DNA of 64,000 nt, taken from positions 1 through 64,000 of the forward strand of contig CAUWGC010000003.1 of NCBI GenBank assembly GCA_963558405.1, read 5' to 3'. Shown piece after piece: positions 22,376 to 33,963 of the stretch (the stretch's first letter is position 1; each line of letters starts with the position of its first letter). The notes beneath the pieces are model-generated. The model was not told where the DNA came from. It saw only the letters and a program-made list of their open reading frames with translations, and made no database searches. Source of the stretch: an uncultured Clostridia bacterium. Lineage in GTDB: Bacteria; Bacillota; Clostridia; TANB77; CAG-508. The position numbers and the translations under genes were made by a program.

Positions 22376-23230
22376 ATGTCATTTTTAGCGAATTTATTTG
22401 GTTATATACTAAACTTTTTATATAATTTAGTAAATAACTATGGTCTTGCTATTATTTTATTTTGTATTGCTTTAAAGTTAATTACATTACCAATATCTAT
22501 TAAACAACAAAAAACAATGAAAAAATCTGCTAAGATTCAAGAACAAATGCAAGAGATACAGGCAAAATATAAAAACGATCAAGTAAAAATGAATCAAGAA
22601 ATGATAGAAGTATATAAAAGAGAAAAAATGAGTCCATTTAGTGGATGCTTAAGTTCAATTATACAAATCATTATATTTTTAGCAGTATTTTATTTAGTAA
22701 AAAGTCCATTAACTTTTATGAAAAAAGTTGACCCACAAATTATAAATGATTATCAAACACAAATATCCCAAGAAAATGGTGGAAAAACAAATGCTTATCC
22801 AGAAATCCAAATTATAGAGCAAAAGGGAGCACAAGATGAAAAAGTTTATATAAATATGGACTTTTTAGGAATAGATTTAAGCAAGATACCAACTCAAAGT
22901 TTAAATGATTTTAGAGTTTATATAATTCCAGCACTTTATGTAGCATCTTCTTTTATTTCTATTAGATTAACTACATCAATGAGAAATAAAAACAAGAAAA
23001 AAGAAGAGGAATATGATAAAAAAGATTCTGAAGATGAAGTAAATCAATTAGAGGCAATGCAACAGATGAACAAAACAATGTCTTGGTTTATGCCAATAAT
23101 GTCTATTTCAATTGCAATAGTAGCACCACTAGGACTTGCTTTATATTGGTTTATAAATAATGTTATGATGATTATAGAAAGACTAATATTAAATTTTATA
23201 GAGTCTAAAAAGGGGGAGCAAGATGACTAA
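22376..23230 (+). CDS. yidC: Membrane insertase YidC/SpoIIIJ
   Basis: YGLAII, P.SGCL, GLALYW; synteny. Confidence 0.92.
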   Translation: MSFLANLFGYILNFLYNLVNNYGLAIILFCIALKLITLPISIKQQKTMKKSAKIQEQMQEIQAKYKNDQVKMNQEMIEVYKREKMSPFSGCLSSIIQIIIFLAVFYLVKSPLTFMKKVDPQIINDYQTQISQENGGKTNAYPEIQIIEQKGAQDEKVYINMDFLGIDLSKIPTQSLNDFRVYIIPALYVASSFISIRLTTSMRNKNKKKEEEYDKKDSEDEVNQLEAMQQMNKTMSWFMPIMSISIAIVAPLGLALYWFINNVMMIIERLILNFIESKKGEQDD

Positions 23231-23957
23231 AACTATTATATCAGAAGGAAAGACATCTACAGAGGCAATAGAAAAAGGCTTAAAAAAATTAAATGTTACA
23301 AAAAATATGGTTGAAATAAAAATACTAGAAACAGAAAAGAAAAAAAGTTTTTTTAGTATTTTGGATCCTAGAGTTGTAAAAGTAGAATTGACATTAAAAG
23401 AAAATTTTGAAGATACAGAAAAACATTTCAAGAATAATGAAAAAATAGAAAAAGAACATATAAAAAGAAATACTGAAAAACGAAAATTGTCTAGGGAAGA
23501 AATAGATTTAGCTAAATCAAATATTACTAAATTCCTTACAAAATTTAGTCAATATTTAGAAGAAAATCAAATTATTTTTGATATAGGTGAAGAAGAATCA
23601 CACATAACTGTTAAGTTAGAAGGAAAAAATATTAGCTTTTTAATAGGATATCGTGGAGAAGTGTTAAATGCATTTCAATCTATATTATCTGGAATTGCTA
23701 ATCAAAATATAGAAAGCAAAGTAAATGTAATATTAGATATAGAAGGATACAGAAAAAAAAGAAAAATAACTTTAGAAAGATTAGCAGAAAAATTAGCAAA
23801 GACTGTTATTAAAACAGGAAAATCTATTACATTAGAACCAATGAGTGCTTATGAAAGAAAAATAATACATACACATCTTCAAGAAAATCACAAAGTTAAA
23901 ACATACAGTATAGGTGAAGAACCAAATCGTAAAGTTATAATTGAATTAAAAAAATAA
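23223..23957 (+). CDS. jag: Jag/EloR (KhpB) RNA-binding protein
   Basis: Jag_N, KH LIGYRGE, R3H PMSAYERKIIH, SIGEEPNR. Confidence 0.92.
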   Translation: MTKTIISEGKTSTEAIEKGLKKLNVTKNMVEIKILETEKKKSFFSILDPRVVKVELTLKENFEDTEKHFKNNEKIEKEHIKRNTEKRKLSREEIDLAKSNITKFLTKFSQYLEENQIIFDIGEEESHITVKLEGKNISFLIGYRGEVLNAFQSILSGIANQNIESKVNVILDIEGYRKKRKITLERLAEKLAKTVIKTGKSITLEPMSAYERKIIHTHLQENHKVKTYSIGEEPNRKVIIELKK

Positions 23958-24048
23958 AAATCGGAAGTCAAAGTTCGGATTTTAGTAAAGAATATTATTT
24001 CTTATTTACTAGATTTCAAACTTTGACTTTTTTAAAAGGAGGAAAAAG

Positions 24049-25425
24049 ATGGATACTATTGTTGCAATAGCAACTGCTCCAGGAATTGGAGGAATTGGAA
24101 TTGTTAGAATGAGTGGAAAAGATTGTTTTTCTATTTTAGAAAAAATATTTGTTCCTAAAAAAAAGGAAAATATAGATAAAATAAAAGGATATACAATAAA
24201 ATATGGACAAATTATATCTTCAGAAGATGGAAGAATTATAGATGAAGTGTTGGTTTCTTATTTTAAAGAACCAAAAAGTTATACAACAGAAAATATGTGT
24301 GAAATTAATTCGCATGGAGGAAGTATAGTAATTAAAAAAATATTAGAAGAATGTTTAAAAAATGGAGCAATTCTTGCAGAACCAGGAGAATTTACTAAAA
24401 GAGCTTTTTTAAATGGAAGAATTGATTTATCTCAAGCAGAGTCTGTAATAGATATAATTCATGCAAAATCAGAAAGCGAATTAAATGCAAATATAAAACA
24501 GTTAGAAGGATATTTATCAGAAGAAATAAAAGATATACGTAAGGAATTAATAGATATTATGGTTGATATTGAGGCATCAATTGATTATCCAGAATATGAT
24601 ATAGAAGAAGTAACAAATAATAAGGCTTTAGACACATTAAATAATAGTTTCAAAAAATTAAAAAAACTAGAAGATAGTTTTAAAAGTGGAAAAATATTAA
24701 AAGAAGGAATAAAAACTGTTATTATAGGAAGACCAAACGCTGGTAAGTCATCTTTATTAAATACAATATTAAAAGAGGATAGGGCAATAGTAACAGATAT
24801 AGAGGGTACAACAAGGGATAGTATAGAAGAAAAAGTTACAATTAAAGGAATACCTCTTAATATAGTTGATACAGCAGGAATACGTAAAGCCAAAGATAAA
24901 GTAGAAAAAATAGGAATAGAAAAATCTAAAAAATTAGCTAAAGAAGCTGATTTATTAATTGCTATTTTTGATAGTACAAAAGAATTATCAGAAGAAGATT
25001 TAGAAATATTAGAGCTAATTAAACAAAAAACAGCTATTATTTTATTAAACAAAACAGATTTAGGAATCAATATATTAAGAGATGATATAAATATAAAAGA
25101 ATCTGGCAAAAAAATAATTGAAATTTCTGCAATAAAAAGAAACGGAATTGAAGAATTGTACGAAGAAATAGAAAAGCTATTTAATTTAGAAGAAATTAAT
25201 TTACAAGATGAAACTATAATTACTAATATAAGACATAAAGAATTAATAAAGAAAGCTCAAAATAATATACTAAAAGCAAAAGAAACAATTGAATTAAAAA
25301 TGCCAATTGATATAATATCAATTTATATAAAAAATGCTTTAGAAAATTTGGGTGAAATTATAGGAGAAAATGTATCAGAAAATATAATAAAAGAAATATT
25401 TGCTAAATTCTGTTTAGGAAAATAG
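24049..25425 (+). CDS. mnmE: tRNA modification GTPase MnmE
   Basis: DTIVAIAT, GEFTKRAFLNG, GRPNAGKSS, FCLGK C-terminus. Confidence 0.97.
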   Translation: MDTIVAIATAPGIGGIGIVRMSGKDCFSILEKIFVPKKKENIDKIKGYTIKYGQIISSEDGRIIDEVLVSYFKEPKSYTTENMCEINSHGGSIVIKKILEECLKNGAILAEPGEFTKRAFLNGRIDLSQAESVIDIIHAKSESELNANIKQLEGYLSEEIKDIRKELIDIMVDIEASIDYPEYDIEEVTNNKALDTLNNSFKKLKKLEDSFKSGKILKEGIKTVIIGRPNAGKSSLLNTILKEDRAIVTDIEGTTRDSIEEKVTIKGIPLNIVDTAGIRKAKDKVEKIGIEKSKKLAKEADLLIAIFDSTKELSEEDLEILELIKQKTAIILLNKTDLGINILRDDINIKESGKKIIEISAIKRNGIEELYEEIEKLFNLEEINLQDETIITNIRHKELIKKAQNNILKAKETIELKMPIDIISIYIKNALENLGEIIGENVSENIIKEIFAKFCLGK

Positions 25426-25786
25426 TTAAAAACGATTTAAAGGGCAAAATTACAGATTTATAATCAAAAGATATAAAATGGTATCGACTCTGAAATTAAA
25501 ACGGGAAATAAAGGCAAATATTAGTGAAGAAATTTAATTAAAAATTACAAAAAATAAATATTGTAATATAAATCAAAAATTAACAAAAAATGAAGTAAAA
25601 ACATAAAAATAAAAAACATACATATAGACAAAACAAAAAGTATAATCACTGAAAATAAAATAAAATATATTTTTATATTGTCTATAAAGTATATGAAACA
25701 TTCTTTCTTGTTTCACATTTGGACTGGCTTTAAGAGAAATGTTTCACGGAATTTAATAAAATACAAACTAGAAAAGAGGAATAAAA

Positions 25787-27661
25787 ATGAGTTATTTTGC
25801 AGGAGAATATGATATTGCAGTAGTAGGAGCAGGACATGCAGGTTGTGAAGCAGCATTAGCTTCAGCAAGATTAGGAATGAAAACATTAGTATTTTCAATA
25901 AGTTTAGAAACGGTAGCAAATATGCCATGTAATCCAAACATAGGAGGAACATCAAAAGGACATCTTGTTCGTGAAATAGATGCTTTGGGAGGTGAAATGG
26001 GAAAAAATATAGATAAAACATTTATACAATCAAGAATGTTAAATACTTCAAAAGGTCCAGCAGTATATTCATTAAGGGCACAAGCTGATAGAAAAAAATA
26101 TCAACAAGAAATGAAACATACTTTAGAAAAACAGGAAAATTTACATTTAAAACAAGCTGAAATTGTAGATTTGACAGTGGAAGATGGAAAAGTAGTTTCA
26201 ATAGAAACAAATTTAGGCGCTATATATAAAGTAAAAGCTGTTATATTAGCAACAGGAACCTATTTAAGGGGAAAAATATACATTGGTGAAAAATCTTATG
26301 AAAGTGGACCAGATGGAGTGTTTCCAGCAAATAAATTAGCAGATAAACTAAAGGAATTAGGAATAGAAATATTACGATTTAAAACAGGAACTCCAGCAAG
26401 AGTTAATAAAAATAGTATAGATTTTTCAAAAATGGAAATACAAAAAGGAGATGAGGAAATAGTACCGTTTTCTTTTGAAAATTCTCCTAAACAAATAGAA
26501 CAAGTACCATGTTATTTAACATATACAAATGAAAAAACTCATGAAATAATAAGAAAAAATTTACACAGATCACCATTATATGCAGGAAAAATAGAAGGAA
26601 CAGGACCAAGATATTGTCCATCAATAGAAGACAAAGTTGTTAGATTTGCGGATAAGGAAAGACATCAAATATTTATAGAACCAATGGGGTTAGATACAGA
26701 TGAAATGTATGTACAAGGTATGAGTTCATCTCTTCCAGAAGATGTACAAATAGATATGTACCGCACAATACCAGGGTTAGAAAATGTTGAATTTACAAGA
26801 CCTGCATATGCTATAGAGTATGATTGTGTTGAACCATCAGAGTTAAAACCATCTTTAGAAACAAAAAAGATAGAGGGATTGTTTCTTGCGGGACAAATTA
26901 ATGGAACTTCTGGATATGAAGAAGCAGCAGGACAAGGAATTATGGCAGGAATTAATGCAACAAGAAAGATTCAAGGAAAAGAACCAATAATTTTAACTAG
27001 ATCAGATGGATATATAGGTGTTTTAATAGATGATATTGTTACAAAAAGTACAAATGAACCATACAGAATGATGACATCTAGAGCAGAATATAGACTATTA
27101 TTAAGACAAGATAATGCAGATTTAAGATTAACTCCAATAGGGCATGAAATAGGGCTTATTTCAGATGAAAGATATCAGAAATTTTTAAAAAAGAAAGAAA
27201 ATATAGAAAAAGAAGTAGAAAGAATATCAAATACAATTATACGCCCAACAAAAGAAGTAAATGAATTTCTAAAAGGAAATAATTCGTCTGAAATAGCTAC
27301 AGGAGTAAGATTATCAGAATTATTAAAAAGAACAGAATTAAATTATGAAATATTAGCAAAAATAGATAAAAACCGTCCGGAATTAGAAAAATTAGAAAAA
27401 GAAGAAGTGGAAATACAGATAAAATATGAAGGTTATATAGCTATGCAGATTTCACAAGTAGAAAAATTTAAAAAAATGGAGCAAAAGAAATTATCAGAAG
27501 ATATTGATTATGAAACATTAAAAGGTTTAAGTTTAGAAGCAAGGCAAAAATTAAATAAATATAAACCTACATCTGTAGGAATGGCATCTAGAATTTCAGG
27601 TGTTTCACCTGCAGATATATCTGTACTTTTAATATATTTAGAAACAAAAAATAGAAAATAA
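25787..27661 (+). CDS. mnmG: tRNA uridine modification enzyme MnmG/GidA
   Basis: [41 protein letters not shown]. Confidence 0.98.
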   Translation: MSYFAGEYDIAVVGAGHAGCEAALASARLGMKTLVFSISLETVANMPCNPNIGGTSKGHLVREIDALGGEMGKNIDKTFIQSRMLNTSKGPAVYSLRAQADRKKYQQEMKHTLEKQENLHLKQAEIVDLTVEDGKVVSIETNLGAIYKVKAVILATGTYLRGKIYIGEKSYESGPDGVFPANKLADKLKELGIEILRFKTGTPARVNKNSIDFSKMEIQKGDEEIVPFSFENSPKQIEQVPCYLTYTNEKTHEIIRKNLHRSPLYAGKIEGTGPRYCPSIEDKVVRFADKERHQIFIEPMGLDTDEMYVQGMSSSLPEDVQIDMYRTIPGLENVEFTRPAYAIEYDCVEPSELKPSLETKKIEGLFLAGQINGTSGYEEAAGQGIMAGINATRKIQGKEPIILTRSDGYIGVLIDDIVTKSTNEPYRMMTSRAEYRLLLRQDNADLRLTPIGHEIGLISDERYQKFLKKKENIEKEVERISNTIIRPTKEVNEFLKGNNSSEIATGVRLSELLKRTELNYEILAKIDKNRPELEKLEKEEVEIQIKYEGYIAMQISQVEKFKKMEQKKLSEDIDYETLKGLSLEARQKLNKYKPTSVGMASRISGVSPADISVLLIYLETKNRK

Positions 27662-27673
27662 AAGGAGAAAACC

Positions 27674-28393
27674 ATGGAAAAATCAGAGTTTTTACATAAA
27701 ATAAATAAAAAAATGGAAAAATTAGATATATGCTTAAATGAAAAACAATTAGAACAATTTTTTATGTACAAAGATTTATTAATAACTTGGAATGAAAAAA
27801 TGAATTTAACAGCAATAAAAGATGAAGATGAAATAATAACAAAGCATTTTATAGACTCTTTAACTATTGCAAATAAAATAGGTAAAGAAGATAAAGTGAT
27901 TGATATAGGTACTGGTGCAGGATTTCCTGGCATACCACTTAAAATATTTAAAGAAGATATTAGTATTACTTTATTAGATTCTCTAAATAAAAGAATATCT
28001 TTTTTACAAGAAGTAATAAATAAGCTAGTGTTAAAGGATATATATGCAATTCATGGTAGAGCAGAAGAAATAGCAAGAAATGAAAAATATAGAGAAAAGT
28101 ATGATGTAGCTACTTCTAGAGCTGTTGCACCTATTCATACATTATTAGAATATATGCTTCCATATGTTAAAGTGGGAGGTAAATGCATTTGTATGAAAGG
28201 ACCTAATTTAGAAGAAGAAAATAAAGATTTAGAAAATTGTTTATCAATATTAGGAGGAAAAATAGAAAAAATAGAAGAAATTGTTTTACCTGAAACAGAT
28301 ATAAGAAGAAATATTATGATTATTAATAAAATAAAAAGTACACCAAAAAAATACCCTAGAAATCCAGGTATACCAACAAAGAAGCCATTATAA
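27674..28393 (+). CDS. rsmG: 16S rRNA m7G527 methyltransferase
   Basis: KHFIDSL, DIGTGAGFPG, SRAVA, YPR..G.P.K.PL. Confidence 0.96.
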   Translation: MEKSEFLHKINKKMEKLDICLNEKQLEQFFMYKDLLITWNEKMNLTAIKDEDEIITKHFIDSLTIANKIGKEDKVIDIGTGAGFPGIPLKIFKEDISITLLDSLNKRISFLQEVINKLVLKDIYAIHGRAEEIARNEKYREKYDVATSRAVAPIHTLLEYMLPYVKVGGKCICMKGPNLEEENKDLENCLSILGGKIEKIEEIVLPETDIRRNIMIINKIKSTPKKYPRNPGIPTKKPL

Positions 28394-28562
28394 AGGAGTA
28401 ATTTTTACAAAATAATATAAAAAAAGATAAATAAAATTTTCTAAAACTTAAGAAAATACATTGACATATTTGATATAAAATTATATCATTAATATGTCAT
28501 TTTTTATTGTATAGAAAAATCAAAAGTTTTTGCTATACAACTATTAGAAGGAGGTAATGTTT

Positions 28563-29352
28563 TTGGGTAAAATAGTGTCCATAGCAAATCAAAAAGGTGG
28601 AGTACGGAAAAACAACAACAACAGTTAATTTAGGTACTATTCTCGCCAAAAAAGGAAAAAAAGTATTAATGTTAGATGCAGATCCACAGGGAAATGCAAC
28701 AAGTGGAGTAGGAGTTGATAAAGAAGCAGAATTTTCTGTTTATGATGTTTTAGTTACAGATGTAGATATAGAAAAAACTATACAAAATACTAGTATTCGT
28801 AACTTACATATTTGTCCTTCTAATATAAATTTAGCAGGAGCAGAAGTAGAATTAGTATCCATGATGTCAAGAGAACAAAGATTAAAGGAAAAATTAGATT
28901 TAATAAAAGATAAATATGATTATATTTTAATTGATTGTCCTCCATCATTAGGTCTAGTTACATTAAATGCTTTTACAGCTTCAGATAGTGTTTTAATACC
29001 TGTACAATGTGAATATTATGCATTAGAAGGATTAGGACAACTATTAAATACAGTAGGACTTGTAAAAAAACATCTAAATAAAGATATAGAAATTGAAGGT
29101 GCATTGCTTACAATGTATGACATAAGGACAAACTTATCAAATCAAGTTGTAAAGGAAATAAAAAAATATTTTGATAATAAAGTATATAAGACAGTAATTC
29201 CAAGAAACGTAAAACTTAGTGAGGCTCCTAGTTATGGAATGCCTATTACAATTTATGATGCAAAATCTAAAGGTGCAAAAGCATACGAAAAATTTGCAAA
29301 AGAATTTATAAAAGCAAACGAAGATAGTCAAAAAGCCAAACATATGAAATAA
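28563..29352 (+). CDS. parA: ParA/Soj ATPase (about 262 aa), interrupted by +1 frameshift at CGG 28605-28607
   Basis: GGAGG-8 nt-TTG gives MGKIVSIANQKGGV, then CGG; skipping C28605 restores Walker A KGGVGKTTT and joins the ORF with DADPQGNAT and DCPPSLG. Confidence 0.92.
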
Positions 29353-29360
29353 AAGAAAGG

Positions 29361-30224
29361 ATGAATTATATGTCTAAGAAAACAGGATTAGGAAAAGGTT
29401 TAGATGCTTTATTTTCTTCTAATGTAATAGAAGAAGTAAAACAAGAGGAGATAAAAGAGGGAGAAATAGTTAAAAATTTAAAAATAATAGATATAGAACC
29501 AAACAAAAGCCAAGCAAGAAAAAAATTTGATACAGAAAGTTTAGAGGAATTATCAGAATCTATAAAAAGGTATGGTGTTATACAGCCTATAGTAGTTACT
29601 AAAAAAGATAAATACTATGAAATAATAGCAGGTGAAAGAAGATGGAGAGCATCTAAATTAGCAGGATTAACAGAAATACCAGCTATTATAAAAGATAATG
29701 ATGAGAGAAAAAATCAAGAAATATCATTAATAGAAAATATTCAAAGAGAAGATTTAAATCCAATTGAAAAAGCAAAAGGATTTCGTGTACTAATGGAAGA
29801 TTATGGACTAACTCAACAGCAATTAGCAGATACTTTAGGAATAAGTAGAAGTACACTAGCAAATACAGTAAGATTATTAAATTTATCACCAAAAGTAATG
29901 GAATTAGTAATGGAAGGAAAGTTAACAGAAGGACATTGTAGAGCATTACTTGTTATAGAAGATCCAGAAAAACAATATGATATGGCTATTAGAATGATAG
30001 AAAGAGGAGATAGTGTAAGACAACTTGAAAATAGAGTAGGACTTGGATCAAAAGCAACAAAGAAAAATCAAAAATATGAAGCAATATATAGAGATATAGA
30101 AGATTCTTTTCAAAGTTTCTTTGGTACAAAAGTAAAATTAAATGCTGGAAAGAAAAAAGGAAAAATAATTATTGAGTATAATTCTAACGAAGACTTAGAG
30201 AGATTACTAGAAATTATAAAATAA
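29361..30224 (+). CDS. parB: ParB/Spo0J
   Basis: GLGKGLDAL, IIAGERRWRA, ENIQREDLNPIE, HTH. Confidence 0.96.
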   Translation: MNYMSKKTGLGKGLDALFSSNVIEEVKQEEIKEGEIVKNLKIIDIEPNKSQARKKFDTESLEELSESIKRYGVIQPIVVTKKDKYYEIIAGERRWRASKLAGLTEIPAIIKDNDERKNQEISLIENIQREDLNPIEKAKGFRVLMEDYGLTQQQLADTLGISRSTLANTVRLLNLSPKVMELVMEGKLTEGHCRALLVIEDPEKQYDMAIRMIERGDSVRQLENRVGLGSKATKKNQKYEAIYRDIEDSFQSFFGTKVKLNAGKKKGKIIIEYNSNEDLERLLEIIK

Positions 30225-30237
30225 GAAGGGAGAAAAG

Positions 30238-30744
30238 ATGGAATTTCTAAAATCACAAACAATGCTAATTATTTTATTAGGCTTTAATATTATTCTTTTA
30301 ATACTTTATATTTTAAATCAAATAAAATTAAATAAAATAAAGAATGAATATTTAAAATTTGTAAAAAAATTGGGAAATGGCAATAATGTAGAAGAAATAT
30401 TAAGAGCATATATATCAAAAGTAGAAGAAGTAGATAAACAAAATAAAGAGATATATGAGTATTGTCATCAATTAGATAATGATATAACAAAATGTATACA
30501 AAAAATAGGAATTGTAAGATATAATGCTTTTTCAGATACAGGAAGTGACCTAAGTTTTGCTTTAGCGTTGTTAGATGAAAGAAATACAGGTATAGTATTA
30601 AACGGAATATATTCAAGAGAAATGTCAAATATATATGCTAAACCTGTAAATGATGGAACATCTAAATATACTCTTTCAGAAGAAGAAAAACAAGCTATAG
30701 AAAAGGCTATATATTCGCAAAATATATATAAAATGAAAGAATAA
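30238..30744 (+). CDS. DUF4446-like membrane-anchored protein
   Basis: N-terminal TM, GIVRYNAF...GSDLSFALALLD, YAKP...LS.EE; commonly follows parB in Clostridia. Confidence 0.75.
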   Translation: MEFLKSQTMLIILLGFNIILLILYILNQIKLNKIKNEYLKFVKKLGNGNNVEEILRAYISKVEEVDKQNKEIYEYCHQLDNDITKCIQKIGIVRYNAFSDTGSDLSFALALLDERNTGIVLNGIYSREMSNIYAKPVNDGTSKYTLSEEEKQAIEKAIYSQNIYKMKE

Positions 30745-30906
30745 ATAAAAATTGTAATTAATGTATTATTTCATAATAATATTGATTAATACTAATATAA
30801 AAAACTAAGTATATGTAATATATAGAAAATATAACAAATTAGTATTGACAATGTTCTTAAAAAATGTTAATATATATACTGTTCACAGATAGTGAGCAGT
30901 GCACTT

Positions 30907-30998
<92 letters not shown>

Positions 30999-31023
30999 TT
31001 TTTTTTATTGCAAAAAAATATAA

Positions 31024-31114
31024 GGAGGCTTACCCAAGTGGTTGAAGGGGACAGTTTGCTAAACTGTTAGGGTTCGTAAGGGCCGCGAGGGTTCAAATCC
31101 CTCAGCTTCCGCCA
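31024..31114 (+). tRNA. tRNA-Ser(GCU)
   Basis: ACAGT-TTGCTAA-ACTGT anticodon arm, long variable arm, GGTTCAAATCC, CCA end. Confidence 0.95.
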
Positions 31115-31220
31115 AAAAGATATAAAGAAATGTTCTTTATATCTTTTTTTTACTATAAATATAACTTTTATTAAATATAATTGTATAATAAATGTAATTA
31201 ATTACATTTAGGAGAGAAAA

Positions 31221-32042
31221 ATGGAACAAGATAAAATCTTATATAAAGAATTTTTGGATGGTAATGAAAAATCATTTAATAAATTAATAAAAAAGCATAA
31301 AACTAATATGATATATTTTATAACAAGATATGTAAAGGATATAGAAGTTGCTGAAGACATATTTCAAGACGTAATGATATATATTTTAAATAATAAAGAA
31401 AAATATAATTTTAAATATTCATTAAAAACATATTTGTATACTATTGCTAAATCAAGAGCAATTAATTATTTAAAAAAAGAAAATAAAAATATTGAAATAA
31501 AAGATGATTATAATGATTTTAATAATATAGAAGAATTAGTATGTTCAAATGAAAATGTAGAAAAAATATATAAAGCAATTCAAGAAATGCCAGTAGAATA
31601 TCAATTAGTAATACATTTAACCAAAATAGAAAAATTATCATATAAAGATACAGCAAGAATTATGGAAAAAACAGAAAGTCAAATAAAAACATTAGCACAT
31701 AATAGTAAGAAAAAATTAAAAAAAATATTAATAGAAAAAAAGGTGATTGAAATGAAAAATAATAAAGTATTTAGATTAATATCTGCAATTATTATTATAA
31801 GTATTTTAACTGCTGGAGTGGTATATGCAAGTTATACTATTTATGAAAAAGTATGGAAAAATCCAGAAAAATATAATTATGAAGAGGAAAAAATTGTTAC
31901 CGAAGAAGATAAGAAAAAAAGTATATCAAAAGAAGAAGCAATTGAAATTGCAAAAGATATTACGAATAAATTAGAAAAAACGTTTGGAAACGTAGTAAGT
32001 GCAGAAATTAATAAAATATTATATATTAAAATAAATAATTAA
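31221..32042 (+). CDS. ECF sigma factor fused in frame to a TM-anchored C-terminal extension (possibly truncated)
   Basis: Region 2 AEDIFQD...KTYLYTIAKSRAINYLKK, region 4 LSYKDTARIM..ESQIKT, then hydrophobic LISAIIIISILTAGVVYA. Confidence 0.75.
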   Translation: MEQDKILYKEFLDGNEKSFNKLIKKHKTNMIYFITRYVKDIEVAEDIFQDVMIYILNNKEKYNFKYSLKTYLYTIAKSRAINYLKKENKNIEIKDDYNDFNNIEELVCSNENVEKIYKAIQEMPVEYQLVIHLTKIEKLSYKDTARIMEKTESQIKTLAHNSKKKLKKILIEKKVIEMKNNKVFRLISAIIIISILTAGVVYASYTIYEKVWKNPEKYNYEEEKIVTEEDKKKSISKEEAIEIAKDITNKLEKTFGNVVSAEINKILYIKINN

Positions 32043-32120
32043 TTAAAAAGAAAATAATTTAAAATTAATAAAAATTAACACAATAGTAATAATTAATTAA
32101 ACAAATAAAGCAAATAAATA

Positions 32121-32213
32121 AAAATAATAAATAAAATAATAAATAAAATAATAAATAAAAATAATAAATAAAATAATAAATAAAAATAATAAATAAAATA
32201 ATAAATAAAAATA
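32121..32213. repeat. AT-only tandem repeat, 12-13 bp unit (ATAATAAATAAA[A]), about 7 copies
   Basis: Direct reading of the sequence. Confidence 0.8.
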
Positions 32214-32352
32214 ACAGATAAAAATAATAGATAAAATTAATAAATAAAAAAATAATAATATATAATTAATAGTAAATATAATAATTATAAAAATAGATAA
32301 ATTAAAGAATAATAAAAAAGAGCAATAATGAAATATGAATACAAATATAGAT

Positions 32353-33650
32353 GAAAAAATGTGTAAAAATACTAAAATATTATGTAAAGGGTAGATTACC
32401 TATATTATAGCTAATATGACAAACAAAATATACAATTAATATGTGTAGAAATGTATAAATATCGACAAGAAGTAAATAAAAAATTTGAATAAAAAAGATA
32501 AAAAATGGCGAAAAAAGTAGGATAAAATATTGGGGAATCAAGGCTTATAAGGATTTTATATATCAAGACACATAGGGTTACATAAATATAAAAAACAGAT
32601 AATTTGAATGAATAAAATGTGGAATGAAAAGAGGTATAAAATAATAGTGTGAGATAATAAAAATATATTATTTGAAAAGAAGACAAGTTTAATATAGTAT
32701 AAAAATGTAATAGGTTACAGTTAATATTAATATAATAATATGTAAAAAATAGAAAAAATATAAATTAAATATAAATTAAATATAAATTAAATTAAGTATA
32801 AAATAATGTATTAAACATAAAAAAAAATATGCTAATAAAAAAAGATAGTAAAATATAAAAGAATAAATAATATAATAAAATACAAATAAATATAATTAAT
32901 TAAAATAAAATATAGATATAAAATAAAATATAGATATATAAATAAATAAAAAATTCAAATTAAATTTAAAAGATAAATTTAAAAATTAATAAAAACATAT
33001 TGTAATAAATAATTAAATAAATAAAAATATATAAATATAATAAAAAAATAAATTTATGAATTATAATTAATATTAAATAAAAGTAAAAAATAAAATGAAT
33101 TATAATTAATCTAAAAAATACCATAAATTATATATTATAATTTATAGTAAAATATAATTATGTATAAATAATAAACAACAGACATTAAATATTAATACAA
33201 ATATATATGTAAAATGTTAAAAGATTGAAAAAAATGTGTAGAAACATCAAAATATTATGTAAATGACATTAAGTACGTATTATAGCTAATATGACAAATA
33301 AAATATATAAGTAATGTGTATAGAAATGTATAAATATCGACAACAAGTAAATAAAAAATTCGAATAAAAAAGATAGAAAAAGACGAAAAAAGAAGGATAA
33401 AATATTGGGGAATTAACGTTTATAGGAATTTTATATATCAAGGCATAAAAGGTTACATAAACAACAAAGTGTACATAATTGAATGAATCAAACTATGAAA
33501 GGAAAAGATGTAAAAAGTAGTAGTATAAGATAACAAAAATACACAACTTGTAAAATAGACAAGTTATACACGGTATAAAAATACAATATAACGCATCTAA
33601 GATATTAATGTAATGATATGTAAAAAATAGAATATAACTATAAATTAAAG
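32353..33650. repeat. Two diverged direct copies of a ~420-bp non-coding unit (32353-~32770, 33227-~33650)
   Basis: Shared ordered blocks TATTATAGCTAATATGACAAA, TAGAAATGTATAAATATCGACAA, AGGATAAAATATTGGGGAAT, TTTTATATATCAAG, GGTTACATAAA, AGACAAGTT; offset about 874 bp. Confidence 0.85.
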
Positions 33651-33963
33651 ATAAAATAAATTAAGTAAAATAATATATTAAATATAAAATTAAAATATGA
33701 TAAATTAAAATATAATAAAATATAAAAAGATAAATAATAAAATAATGTGGCAATAAATAAAATTATAAAATTAATTAAAATAATAAATTAATAAAAATAA
33801 ATATAATAATAAAATAAATTATAAGTATTATTAAATAAAATAACAAATAAAATTAATAATAATGTGAAGAATAAATTATTGATTTTATTTAAATATTATA
33901 ATAGAAATATATAAAAAATAAAAACACCAAACATAAATATTTATATTTGGTGTTTTTTATTTT

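Noticed and set aside
32043-33950. CRISPR array, and ORF 32411..32686 (-)
   Set aside because: No constant repeat with unique spacers and no cas genes; the ORF is low-complexity, lacks an RBS and is not preserved in the second copy
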